A stretch of DNA of 64,000 bases from Octopus vulgaris (Eukaryota). Position 1 is the first letter of the stretch. Every line of letters begins with the position of its first letter. A model generated the notes under the pieces. That model was not told where the DNA came from, did no database searches, and was given only the letters and a program-made list of their open reading frames with translations. The position numbers were made by a program, and so were the translations under genes. Shown here piece after piece: positions 1 to 11,939 of this stretch. Where the stretch lies: the NCBI GenBank assembly GCA_951406725.2, contig OX597824.1, forward strand, positions 6,572,001-6,636,000. The letters run 5' to 3'.

Positions 1-21
1 CACACACACACACACACACTA

Positions 22-652
22 TGTAAAGAGTACGCGTGTCTGTGGAATGCTCAGTCACTTACACGTTAATTTCACGAGCAGGCTATTCCAAGAATTACCC
101 CTATTGGTTGGTTCCTAATGGACGGTGCCACAATATAAATGGACACGCGCAGAGAGTGTAAGAGCGTTATTAGGGTTAAAAGAAAAAGAAGGAAAAAAAG
201 AAAGAGTAAGTGTTTTATGTTACGTTTAATAATATCGGAAAATAGAAGAACAATTTTAGAGAAAAATATAACGGTTCAAATAATTGTAATGGTAGACGAT
301 AATTAATTGTTATGTAAATACATGATAAAAACGGACAGTTTAAAAAGATTAATGGTACTGCATGTGATGAGGGGCGCATGCAGCCATTCATAACCCCATT
401 ATTGTATAATCATCTCATCATATTCGTTCTATGTATTGTCCCCTCTGTGGTGTCCTGTCTGTCCCTGTTTGTCCCCCTCTATGTTTGGGCTCTTGTGGCG
501 AATAAAGAAACCGAGTGTCATTGGGGCTGCGTAAAGCCGAGAGTTGTAACCAGTATCTTCAGTAGACGATTTGCGAGGACCTAATTATTATCCCGTTATA
601 TCGTACGTCGAACGTGCGATACAAGACCCTCGTTGCTTTAACCGACGGAGTG
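22..652 (+). mobile_element. SINE family C 3' tail, interrupted by an ~515-bp insertion (about 90-604)
   Basis: 22-89 (gtgtctgtggaatgctcagtcacttacacgttaatttcacgagcaggct) and 626-652 (accctcgttgctttaaccgacggagtg) match successive parts of the reverse complement of 61148-61260. Confidence 0.6.
90..510 (+). mobile_element. Putative 3' end of an L1/Tx1-type LINE
   Basis: Ends ctgtctgtccctgtttgtccccctctatgtttgggctcttgtggcgAATAAAgaaa, close to the SINE-B tail; the upstream gggcgc...ccatt.ttgt...catctcat pattern resembles the 3' UTR at 60410-60529. Confidence 0.4.
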
Positions 653-3007
653 TTAGTTTATTTGTTCTGGTACCATGTTTTGAATTAAAATCCTACCGGA
701 ATCAAGTTTACTTTTCATCTCTCCGAGTCGGTAAAACAAACATTTTATCGACTTACTGTTCCCCCACAGCATTTCAGGTCGTTGAAAGTATGTTAAATAC
801 AACAGTGGACGGATTCTAAATTGAATATTCTAAAAAAACTACACTGACTGGCTGTGTGGTGAGGATTACAGCACCAGAAAAATAATTTTATAAATATATT
901 TAAAATATGTCAAAAATACAAACTGAAATTCGAAAGTGTAGTCTTGATAATTATACGTCATTCATTAAATACATAATTACAAATGAAGTATCAAGCATAT
1001 GTCTGTGATTTACATTGTATATGTTTATAGGATATGTGTGTGTGCGCGCGCGCGTGTGTTCTATTTTTTAATTATTATAAATCTTCTACTGAGGAGGGAG
1101 CCGGTTTCCAACAAAGATACCAGGCTCCATCTTTGGGACGTAGTTAACACAGACAAATTCACATTTGGAACTTGAGAAAAGTCTTCAATATTTTTACTGT
1201 TCCACTCACAGATTGCAATTTCACTGACATGTTAAGTAATATTGTGGAGAAAATTATGGTAAAATAATGTTTTTTGACATACATCCTCCGCCGAAAATAA
1301 TACGAATATTCATACAGATTTAAAAAATGTGAGGACTTCTCTATAGTTATCACCCTGCTAGAAATAGCAGCCAAATCTCTTTCAAAGTGGACAAATTCAC
1401 CATGATGAAAATAAGATCGGGATTAAGAAGATTGTTTCTTGAAAAGTCTTGTAAGTAAATACAAATATTGTACAATATATGTACTGAAATACAGAATTTG
1501 AAATTGATATTTCTAAAATACTTTTGGTTAAAAAATCTTGAAAGATGATTTATTAAGCATTTCCTGGGAAAAGCGACGTAAATTTTAATGATTTGCTCAT
1601 TTAAAAACGGTCCGAAGTAACATTTACTTTAAAAAAAGAACTGAAAATAGTGGTAGACTTAATAACCTTCCAATTCTTTCAAAGACTATTTGTATTTGAA
1701 CTGAATATAATTTGTATTTTATTAACCGTTGCATTTCTGATAGAGAGACAATTTAAATTTATAATTTCGCCATTCTGTCGTCATCAAAGCGCCGGGTATT
1801 CAAATTGTTGTAGCAAACAAGACCAAAACGAAAGGAAAGGCAAAGATAATGATTAACATCACAAACATTTTGTTCAATAAAATGTACCCAAGTTACGCCT
1901 TGTCACATGAATAATTCTCGGAACCCATGATGCTTCGGTCGGACGCCGAAATAAGATATCATATGTTATGCAAAACAATACATAAATTCAGTAAAGCTAA
2001 AAGAATGAAACGGAAGCGCAAAAAGACTCCGATTCCCAGTTGAGGTCGAAACATTTATTGCCATTTCAAGTTCATATTAAAGTTGGTTAATCTCTCGTTG
2101 TTTTTGTATGTTAATTTTTTTACAAGCAAAAATCAGTTCAACTACTATCAAAACCCAAGAGATACATCTTGTCGTCCATTTTAGGCATAAATTTACATTG
2201 GTTTTACTTGAACAAGATCGGTTTTCTTCGAAACTAAGGATATAAAAGCATCATTTAATCGTCGGTTACTATGTACCACCGCACTCTTTGTTATAAGTAA
2301 CTGTCTGTGTATACTAAGATATATCGATATACATTTAAGTGTTGCGGTTTGACCAACAGTTTTTTTCTCAGCATCTTGGATTGAAGAACGAATCGACGAG
2401 CTTCGCTGTCTATACATAGATCTGTATTCACTTATTTCTTCCTCCCGATCAGTTGAAGGAGTCTAGAGTTATTTTGAAAATACTAACATGGCTTAACCAA
2501 TCGTAACTCGTTTACATAAAGGTGCAAGGTTAACGGCTGGACGTTATTTATCTTTCCTTGACTTGGATTCTTCAACTCTTGTCGGAGTCGTAGAGGTGCT
2601 TTCCGTATATCTAGAAGGTCTTGGACTTTAAACTCTACCGCAGTCTAGTCTTTTCTAAATTTCACCATGTCAAATTTTCCCAGCTATAAAGATAGTAAGA
2701 CAGGATGAAAGAAAAAGAAATCGATCCGAGCACTAGACTAATAATTTGATTATCGATCCTGAAAGAATGAAAGGCGAAGATGATCTCAATGGGATTTGAA
2801 CTCAGAGCACAGACGACCGGACTAAATGCTACTTGACATTCTATCTCACGTTCTAAAAATATGGTTAATTTGATGCCTATTCGACATTATTTCTTAAGTA
2901 CCAGCACGTTATGAGTTGTTATTATATTCATATACATTCTAATAATATACATTTTTTTATCATACCATTGAGTCATATACAGATTATTCCATAAAGCAAC
3001 GAATTAA

Positions 3008-3220
3008 AGGCGGTGAGCTGGCTGAACCGTTAGCACGCCGGACGAAATGCTTAGCAGACTGTCTTTACGTTCTGAGTTCAAATTCCGCTGAAGTCGATTT
3101 TGCCTTTCATCATTTCGGGGTCGATAGATTAAGTACCAGTTGCATACTGAGGTCCAACTAATCGACTGCCCCACCCCTTCCCGAAAGTTTCGGGCCTTGT
3201 GCCTAGAGTAGAAAAGAATA
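3008..3220 (+). mobile_element. SINE family B, tail type 2
   Basis: ggcggtgagctggctgaaccgttagc head, gagttcaaattcc B-box-like motif, gcctttcatc.tttcggggtcgata core, tail gggccttgtgcctagagtagaaaag; multi-copy in window. Confidence 0.85.
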
Positions 3221-3644
3221 AAGCAGCCAATTTAAGCCTTGTTGTTAGACCCCATTCAGGTCACACTGATCGAATTCACACACTTACAGCTTGGAGAATG
3301 ATAGATTCCACCAGATTTCAAAATGCCCGAAACACGCCATGTATTTCATTGCTGCCCCTATGCTTCGTTCGCATTTGAGGGACCAAAACAGGAGCACTCA
3401 GCTCACAGTATTTGTGTACGTGAAATAGTTTGCCCATGATTCGAACCGTTTTTTTTTCTTTCCTTCATATTACACGTCACACCATTATCAATCTTTATTT
3501 TATACTTTCTTCAAGTTCTTCACCAGATCTGCTCTCGTTAAGATAAAGAAAATCTTCGTATTAGGCTTAGCTTAAACTTGGCAGGAGGTATCTGATAACG
3601 ACAACTGCAACATGATAAACCGTAGCCAATCATGTACACGTAAT

Positions 3645-4080
<436 letters not shown>

Positions 4081-4530
4081 TCAGTGTGGCTTTATCAGAA
4101 AAGCTCTTCGTATTTTCGTTCCGCTGAGAAAATCTCCACTCAAGCTGACTTGTAACGAGATGATAGCCTTGAATTTATTTCGCAATGAATCACCTTCTGC
4201 CTAAATTATATCTGTATCTGGTCTGTGACATGTTGAAGGGTTGTTCTATCGTAATAGCTGATAAACAGAACATTTGTATGTACAGGTAAATGCACACACG
4301 CACGCAAAGACAAGCAATACACTTGCGCACAGAAGCAAACAGTACACGCACACACACACACACGTGTATGTTTGCGTGAATGTGTGACTGATCACATGTG
4401 GACATAAGTGTACTAAAGTGGATGTGTATAAACATATATATTATATATACTATTATAGATATATGCATAATATATATAAATATATATAAATTCTATTCAC
4501 CAATGCGTTCGACATTTACGTATATATATA

Positions 4531-4841
4531 CTCTTTTTACCCTTTTACTTGTTTCAGTCATTTGACTCCGGCCATGCTGGAGCACTACCTTTAGTCGAGC
4601 AAATTGACCCAGGACTTATTCTTTGTAAACCTAGTACTTATTCTATCGGTCTCTTTTGCCGAACCGCTAAGGTACGGGGACGTAAACACACTACTATCGG
4701 TTGTCGAGCGATGTAGGGGGGGACAAACACTGATACACAAACATATACGCACACATACATATATACGACGGGCTTCTTTCAGATTCCGTCTACCAAATCC
4801 ACTCACAAGGCTTTGGTCGGCCCGAGGCTATAGTAGAAGAC
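4531..4841 (-). mobile_element. SINE family A, 5'-truncated
   Basis: Reverse complement of the middle and 3' part of the full copy at 54812-55210. Confidence 0.9.
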
Positions 4842-5732
4842 CGATGCCATAAATGTGCGAACCTGAGAAGGGAATATGTTGAATAAAATCATAATTGACT
4901 GATATTCCCGTATTTTGTTTTAGCCGAAACCAGGAACTTCTCAGAACTCCCTAATATTTATGAGAGACTCTAACATCCAATATTCCCTGTTTTAAGAGGT
5001 AATACGAATTCAGGATACTTAGCTGCCAGTTCTGGCGAATCGAGTGACCTTTATTAGTTTTACTAACGCCATGCAATGAGCGTCTTTATGGAGAATGTGT
5101 TCATTGCGAACCGTTCCTCGCTCAATTCTTGTCTGTAGCAAACTAATTATCTGTAGCGATCTAACAAGCCTATTTCTGTTGAAATACATTGTCTTACTTT
5201 CAATTAAATTGTTTAAAGATTTAATGAACTAAATTCATAATAATTGACCTGGTGCTTGAAACATAACACAAAATTTCGCTGGTAGGTTTGAATTTAGATA
5301 ACTTTTAGACAGGAAAATTTCTGTCATAGATTCATGTACGGTTTCAAGCAGTTTAGTATCAAAAGGGTGGAGAGGTATGGAGGTTACAGCTTCCATTCTT
5401 CAGTGCTTGAATTCAATTGAGCTGATCATCTGTTGATAAGTATTTCTATTCACAAAAGAGGCTGTACGAAGCAACGATGGAGCTTTATTGCTCAAATCTC
5501 AATCTTATATTTATTATTCTTAATCATTCTTAACGCTTCAAATACGAGCTACAAAAGACGATAAAATTCGAAATTTGGACGACAACTCGTGTGTCTTTAC
5601 GTTTGAACAATATTACTGCAGAACAAAACAATTATATCTGGCGGCTATTGCAGAATTATTAACATTTGAATAACTTGGGTATGGAAGTCTCTTTCTCCTT
5701 CTTCGCCTCTCTTTCTCTCTTTCTTTCTTTCG

Positions 5733-5735
<3 letters not shown>

Positions 5736-5806
<71 letters not shown>
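5736..5806. repeat. (CT)n microsatellite
   Basis: Direct reading. Confidence 0.98.
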
Positions 5807-5807
<1 letters not shown>

Positions 5808-5962
5808 GCTCTCTATCTATCTAACTATCTATTTGCGTCTCTTTCTTGCTCTGTCTATATATTTGTCTCCCACTCTCTCTCCCACTTCTCTTTCATCCAA
5901 AAACACACGCAAAGGATTATTCATATGAATATACATATATATATATATATGTGTGTGTGTAT

Positions 5963-6004
<42 letters not shown>

Positions 6005-6005
<1 letters not shown>

Positions 6006-6821
6006 AATTTAAATAGTAAGGGTGAAAAATTGAATATTAATTTGATTAATATCAATTTAAAACTAGTGGCCTAGCACATTGAAAAAATCTGAAGATTCAG
6101 AAAAAATTATATTATATACATATAAGAGGGATGACTACTAAGTGGACATCCATTATGCTAGAGGTAGACCCCATACGGTCTGACCACTAAGAAAAGATTG
6201 TTCTCAGAAAAATTCACCAAACGCCCGAACGTAAGCGAGCAAGATAAATGAAAAGATACAAAATACAAAGATTAATCACAAACCCGGTTTCATTGTTACC
6301 ACTTACGTAATACTTACGTAAATGTCAGTAATTCATCAGTGTGATCGTCATAGCAAAATATAATTTGCAGAACTATACACGAGACGTCCGCATGAGATTG
6401 AACATGCATATAGTTCTACCAATTACATTTGGGGTTATATTTCAAAAGTCTTCGTTTTGGCGCGCTAAAATACCGAAAATAAGTCTGCAGAAAATAATTT
6501 TCTGCAGTGAATTTTTGCCGGTTAGAGAATATGGTTATTTAAATTTAAATAGTAAAAAATTGAATATTAATTTGATTAATATCAATTTAAAACCAGTGGT
6601 CTAGCATACTGAAAAATCTGAAAATTCAGAAAAATTATATTACATACATATAAGACGGATGTGGACATCCATTATGCTAGAGGTAGACGCGCTTGCTGAA
6701 TTTTCTTGAGAACAATCTTTTCTTGGTGGTCAGACCATATAGGGTCTACCTCTAGCATAATGGATGTCCACTTAGTGGTCATCCCACTTATATGCATGTA
6801 ATATAATTTTTCTGGATCTTC
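6005..6821 (-). mobile_element. Non-coding Penelope-like element: 536-bp unit, partial tandem copy and inverted copy
   Basis: 6005-6170 is repeated at 6541-6688; about 6692-6821 is the reverse complement of about 6091-6221; perfect 28-bp inverted repeat 6661-6688/6744-6771; abuts (TA)n; carries a hammerhead motif. Confidence 0.7.
6275..6345 (-). ncRNA. Type I hammerhead ribozyme motif with long stem II
   Basis: Minus strand: AUCACA CUGAUGA [AUUACUGACAUUUACGUAAGUAUUACGUAAGUGGUAACAAU] GAAAC CGG GUU UGUGAU; stem I is 6/6 bp and stem II forms a hairpin. Confidence 0.8.
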
Positions 6822-7340
6822 TTGTGCGTGTGTGTATGTGTGTTTGTGGGTGTGTAAGAAAAGGCAGACCGACAACAGCACAAAGAAGGTATGCATTTTT
6901 ATGGAAAGTTGCGTATACAGTTAAAGGTATAATCAAATCTTATCTTAACTGCTGTTTCAGATAAATGATGACTAATTCTATAACCATGCATATTATCCAA
7001 TGAAGTTTAAAATTCCATGAGTGTTTACGCACCTGCAATATTGCTGGACTTCATAACGTAATATGAACGGCTATAACACACGTCACCAATTATCCGAAAC
7101 AGGTGTAAATATAAAGACTTGATTATATGATGTAATTGTGCATACAACTTTAAATACATTCCTTACACCTGCTATTTCTTGTCTGTCTTTCCAGCTTCCA
7201 TACCCGCTCGCTAAAAGCCATTCTTATAGACGGCTTTCTACATCCATACTACCTGGCTCTGATTAAGAATTTGGAATTTAGTCTTTGGATTTCTCTTAAC
7301 ACTACCAGGTCACTTTCTTTACCACACTTTAGCATTTTAT

Positions 7341-7412
7341 AACGCATTGGTCTAGTGGTTAGGATTCCTGGCTTTCACCCAGGTGGCCCGGGTTCGATTC
7401 CCGGCATGGGAA
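7341..7412 (+). pseudogene. tRNA-Glu(TTC) pseudogene with disrupted 5' acceptor strand
   Basis: tggtctagtggttaggatt D-arm; cctgg-ctTTCac-ccagg anticodon arm (TTC 7374-7376); ccggg-ttcgatt-cccgg T-arm; 3' catgggaa; the 5' strand aacgcat cannot pair with catggga. Confidence 0.85.
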
Positions 7413-7427
7413 CGGCATTTCTGTTTA

Positions 7428-7630
7428 GGCGCAGAAGTGGCTGTGTGGTAGGTAACTTGCTTACCAACAATATGGTTCCGGGTTCAGTGCCACTGCGTGG
7501 CACCTTGGGCAAGTGTCTTCTTCTATAGCCTCGGGCCGACCAAAGCCTTGTGAGTAGATTTGGTAGACGGAAACTGAAAGAAGCCCGTCGTATATAAGTA
7601 TATATGTAGGTGTATATGTTTTTGTATCTG
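7428..7630 (+). mobile_element. SINE family A, 5' half
   Basis: ggcgcagaagtggctgtgtggta A-box, gggttcagtgcc B-box, gcaccttgggcaagtgtctt CORE-like motif. Confidence 0.9.
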
Positions 7631-7774
7631 TGGAAAATTATAACTGTTACTGAATATAACTGGGTTGTTAGAACACCTATTTTACTAGAAATAAGAGCTG
7701 AAAAGATCTAATGCTGTAGTTAAAGCACAGTATTGTATACAAATGGCTGGGACCGTAATCTCCTGAAGATATCT

Positions 7775-7977
7775 ATGTATGTAAGTACGTAAGTACATAC
7801 GTAAGTACGTACGTATGTATGTATGTATGTATGTATGTATGTATGTATGTATGTATGTATGTATGTATGTATGTATGTATGTGTGTGTGTGTACATGCAT
7901 GTATGTATGTAAGTACGTACGTACGTACGTACGTACGTATGTATGTATGTATGTACGTATGTATGTATGTATGTATG
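7775..7977. repeat. (TATG)n/(TACG)n microsatellite
   Basis: Direct reading. Confidence 0.97.
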
Positions 7978-7979
7978 AG

Positions 7980-8645
7980 GAATTTCAACTGTGTTTCGTG
8001 GTCTGCTACCACAACAGCTCCTTTGTAGGATCCAGTTAGCTCAAGCCATCATCAGGAGGAATCACGTCCGGTTTCGGCCCCTACTCATCTACCATTTTGA
8101 TGTGGCAGGGCCCCCCCCCCCTTTCGGTGGTGTCTTCTAGCTCTGGTGTTGGGTGCATGTCTTCTTTCTTCTGTTCCCTAGCCTCTTCGGTGTAGCGTCA
8201 GCGAGTGTCAGCCGGCGACTGACTGACTTGTCAAATATTTTCCCTTTAAATACCTGCCGCTAGCCTCCAGCAGGCAGCCCCAGCAAGATGTCATGTGACA
8301 CAGTCTCAACTTTACCTGACCAATGAAGGCGCGTAGTCTTAGCCCACGCATTCTCTAAACGAGACCGTCACCTGTCAGTCAGCGAAGCTAATTCAGCGTC
8401 AGCTTGTCTCACCTAATAATGTTATTTCCCGCCGGCATGTCATGACTTTCAAACCATTTTGGTCTTCCCGCTTCAGCCATATATAGAAGCTGGCTTTTTC
8501 GACCGCCTCCTGTACTCTCCCTATTAGTTTTCTCAGCTCCGAGCTAAAAAAAACAAATCCTCTTTTGAATAGCGTTGTCATTTTTCTTTCAATGAAGCCC
8601 CTAGCCCCCACTGCCAGGTGGTAATACTCGACGTTCCATCCCTGT
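7980..8645 (-). mobile_element. 3' fragment of an RLE-type (Hero/NeSL-like) non-LTR retrotransposon
   Basis: Minus strand reads GWNVEYYHLAVGARGF...VQEAVEKASFYIWLKRED, matching the C-terminal GW...VGxRGF...AExxSxxIWxKR pattern of restriction-like-endonuclease LINEs; a GC-richer 3' UTR runs into (CATA)n. Confidence 0.7.
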
Positions 8646-9394
8646 ATGCTCGTGCTCGTGTGTTAGCTTTTGTTATGTCAGATACCGAAATGGGTTAATA
8701 AATAGATAAAAGAAAACTTTCTTCATATTCATCCTTGAAACGTTATAAGGTTAAAAAGGGAAATGAACGGTTGAATAGTGTAGACTTAGGTACAGGATAT
8801 TTGAAAATGAATGAGATAGTCGTGGCGGAAATACCTTTAATTATAGTTTTCTCCGATCAAGGCTGACCAGCGGCCAAACAACCACTAGAAGATCACCAAT
8901 AAAAATCTGATAAGTTATGAGATTCTACTTGTCGCATATAAACAAATCTCTCTCTCTCTCTCTTTCTCTGTTTTCTGTCTATCTCTTTCTCTTTCCTGAA
9001 TACATTTAGATTATTAATAAATATAATAGAGAAGTTTATCCCATCCATTCTCTGTATCATATTTTGAAACTCAGCATGACTCGATAAACTCATTATTAAT
9101 TGTGTTCTGTACGTCAATGAAGCGTAGGATAAGCACATCTCGTTTTACCTAAATTCAAAATCCGTAACGAAAGCAACAAACAGAAAGGCGGAACCATTAG
9201 GCGCTCACTTGATTTTTTGTTAGAAATAACAGTCAAATCTCATTCAAATCTTACAACAGCCATCACGCCCTTTCAAATGACAGAGAAGGACACATGAGAT
9301 GATGTGGTGCTTGATGTATCTGCAATGACATGGAGCACAGGGCTACTGGATCAATAATTACCAAGAGCTGAGTAACCGCCACAACAACAACAAC

Positions 9395-9950
9395 ATGGTC
9401 GTCTTGTTGTAGTCGAGGGCTCTTCGTTGATGCCCGACACTGGGAGGTGACCCTTGAAGTCGCTGGAAACGTAGATCCCCAGGTCCAAATTCTTGAACGC
9501 AGCGATCCGCCGAGCACTTAAACCTCCTCCCTTCAAACACGAAAGAGTCAAGATGATCTACGGTGACCATGGAGAGAAAGTGAGCAGAGCCGCTGATTCG
9601 TCTCTAACCAGGCAGCAGCAGGTAACACTCAGCAGACTTAGAAGTGGTCATCACCCGGACCTCAAGTACTGGCTCTACAAGATTTACTGAGCCATAGACA
9701 GAACCTGCAGAAAGTGCTGAGTGGGGGAAGAGATGGCGGAGCATGTCATCTACGACTGTCCATGGATCCATCACCCACCGCAAATGCCAACCCCCACCCA
9801 GACGCTCTGGCCAGTGACCCTCTCCTTGTCCTTCGGATCTGGGAAAAGTGGGCTTCCGCTCCCGACCTGCCAGACGTCTCCCAACCCACAAAACGGACGC
9901 AGTGAAATCACCCTTACCCGTCTTGTTGCTTAACAACAACAACAACAACA
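9395..9950 (+). mobile_element. I-group (I/Nimb/Ingi-like) LINE 3' fragment with inverted 5' segment
   Basis: LTRQQQVTLSRLRSGHHPDLKYW..., C-x2-C...HVIYDCP C-terminal zinc finger, DALASDP...IWEKW; (AAC)n on both sides; 9396-9500 is the reverse complement of 58145-58252. Confidence 0.75.
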
Positions 9951-11026
9951 ATATTAACTAGAGGAGAAAAATAAGGAGAGAAATAAAATTACGAATTATG
10001 GTAAAAATTGCAACAGGAATATAGTTCGGTGATTTTGCTGAGCCAAGATCGAATTTTCTGATACAATTCTATATTTCTATATTTCTTCCTACTCTGCGCT
10101 CTGGGCTCAAATTACTCCGAGATAAACTTAGCTGTTCATTCGTTAGTACTCGGTAAGCAAAGCACCAATCTTGGGCGGTGGGTTGGCAAAATTGCAGAAT
10201 ACATTGCAGTATTTGTTCCAACTTTGCGTTCCAAGTTCAAATCCTGCTGGGGTCTGCTTCAGAGACAGCTTTAATCGCTTCCAATTTAATAATATCACAC
10301 TGAACTATACAAAAAGCATTCAATGAAGTCCATTCTGTTGCAAGCATTCAGGACAGGCCTCCAGTTTCAGAAAACCTTCCTCGGTCCTTCCCACCAATCT
10401 CTGAGGTTTTCTTATAGACACCGCCTTCCTTCCTGGCTAAAAGATTAAAAATCGAAGTAAAAGAAAGTGATTAAACCGTCAAACGTCTATGTACTCTGAG
10501 CAACAAATAATACTTCACCGTTAGACACACATTTGCTACGAAGCTATAATTGTCATCTGTCAAACGTGATGTTCCTCATATTTTCTTCAGTATACCACTT
10601 TCTCGAGACACATATAAATATAACCATACACTCGTATCATATTATCGGTTCTATTTTGGTCAACTCGCCATCGTCTCATTCAGTTAAAACGTATAACTGT
10701 TAATCTGACTGAAATAGTTTCCATTCTGATTTATATAATCATGCTTCACAGAACTTCTGTTCCATTTTGATAAAATCTATCTATTAACTAATTGCTTCTA
10801 ACATGTTTTGACAACCGCTTTCTCTATTTTGCTTTATATATCACGTTTCATCAATACCATGGTGACGTAAATTGAACACTGCCTCATCTGCTATATATAA
10901 TCTATAGTTCATAGCTTACAAATTATGCACTCTGCCCACACAGTTAGCACACACACATATGTGCGTGCATAATATATATGTATGCATTATACATTTATAT
11001 GTGTGTATAAACTTTTATATATAATG

Positions 11027-11085
<59 letters not shown>

Positions 11086-11090
<5 letters not shown>

Positions 11091-11238
11091 TAATCCAGAC
11101 ATGAAAACACAAAGAGAAAACACAAGAACGCGAGGACGTGGAACAAGTATAGTGTTATTGGATGCTCAGGAAAGGAAAGAAAGAAGGAGGATTTAACGTT
11201 TCGAGCGGAGCTCTTCGTCAGAAACTCAGGAAAAGGAT
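11086..11238 (-). mobile_element. Short Penelope-like element with minimal hammerhead (family H2)
   Basis: Homologous to 33690-33898 and 40537-40710; 3' end ggattaacttt abuts (TA)n. Confidence 0.75.
11191..11225 (-). ncRNA. Minimal type I hammerhead motif
   Basis: GUUU CUGACGA A GAGC-UCC-GCUC GAAAC GUU AAAU. Confidence 0.7.
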
Positions 11239-11245
11239 TGATATG

Positions 11246-11280
<35 letters not shown>

Positions 11281-11288
11281 AAGCTCCC

Positions 11289-11550
11289 TAATTCACAAAT
11301 AAAGAATATATATATTCTTTATTTTTGAATTACGGCTACCATTTGTTTCATGTTAATAAATGTGGAAAAATATCCTAGTGTCTTAAGAGTTTTTCAAGCC
11401 GACCACATGGAGAAAGATGTAAAGCATGAAAAATTGTTAAGACACCAGGATATTTTCCTACTTTTCTTAACATGAAACCAATTCACAAATAAAGAAATTA
11501 TATCCACCAATGCGATGTTGAGCACTCATTTCATCGTTCGACATTTACGT
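11289..11550. mobile_element. Fold-back (palindromic) repeat element
   Basis: Near-perfect palindrome 11289-11332; inverted repeat about 11346-11385/11437-11477; related sequence at 36465-36645 and 4495-4520. Confidence 0.5.
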
Positions 11551-11939
11551 ATATGTGTGTATGTGTGTGTGTGTGTGTGTGTGTCCTTTTTTTTAAATGC
11601 TGGTTTTTGTCCAGTGCCTTCACACACCCTCCTAAATGGACTAACTTACGCAATTTTGGTATATTTATCTATTCTTGCAATCATTCTTGTCTTGACTGAG
11701 ATTACGAACTATTTTATCTCCCGTTGTATATTATGTTTTATCACCCACAGAGATGGTTAATAGTTTGTCTGTGACATCTATAACCATTGGTGGTTTCGTT
11801 CAAAATAGTTTTAATGTAGTCAGAACTAGGAAAAAGAATACGAAGGTACAGTGTTTCGCTGGAAGATACTGCTTCTTATAGGAAAGGGGTTGGTTTTGAT
11901 TACCTTTTCTTTCCCTAATAGAGCTTAACCTCAAAGGCA

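Noticed and set aside
2193-2640. Possible exon on the minus strand
   Set aside because: Short ORF with nearby stops and no recognisable homology or splice pattern.
7341-7412. Functional tRNA-Glu gene
   Set aside because: The acceptor stem cannot pair.
7985-8095. CTGATGA and two GAAAC motifs on the minus strand in the RLE-LINE 3' UTR
   Set aside because: Could not be folded into a valid hammerhead: no usable NUH triplet with a stem I, and the upstream candidate has three core mismatches. Worth rechecking only on a family consensus.
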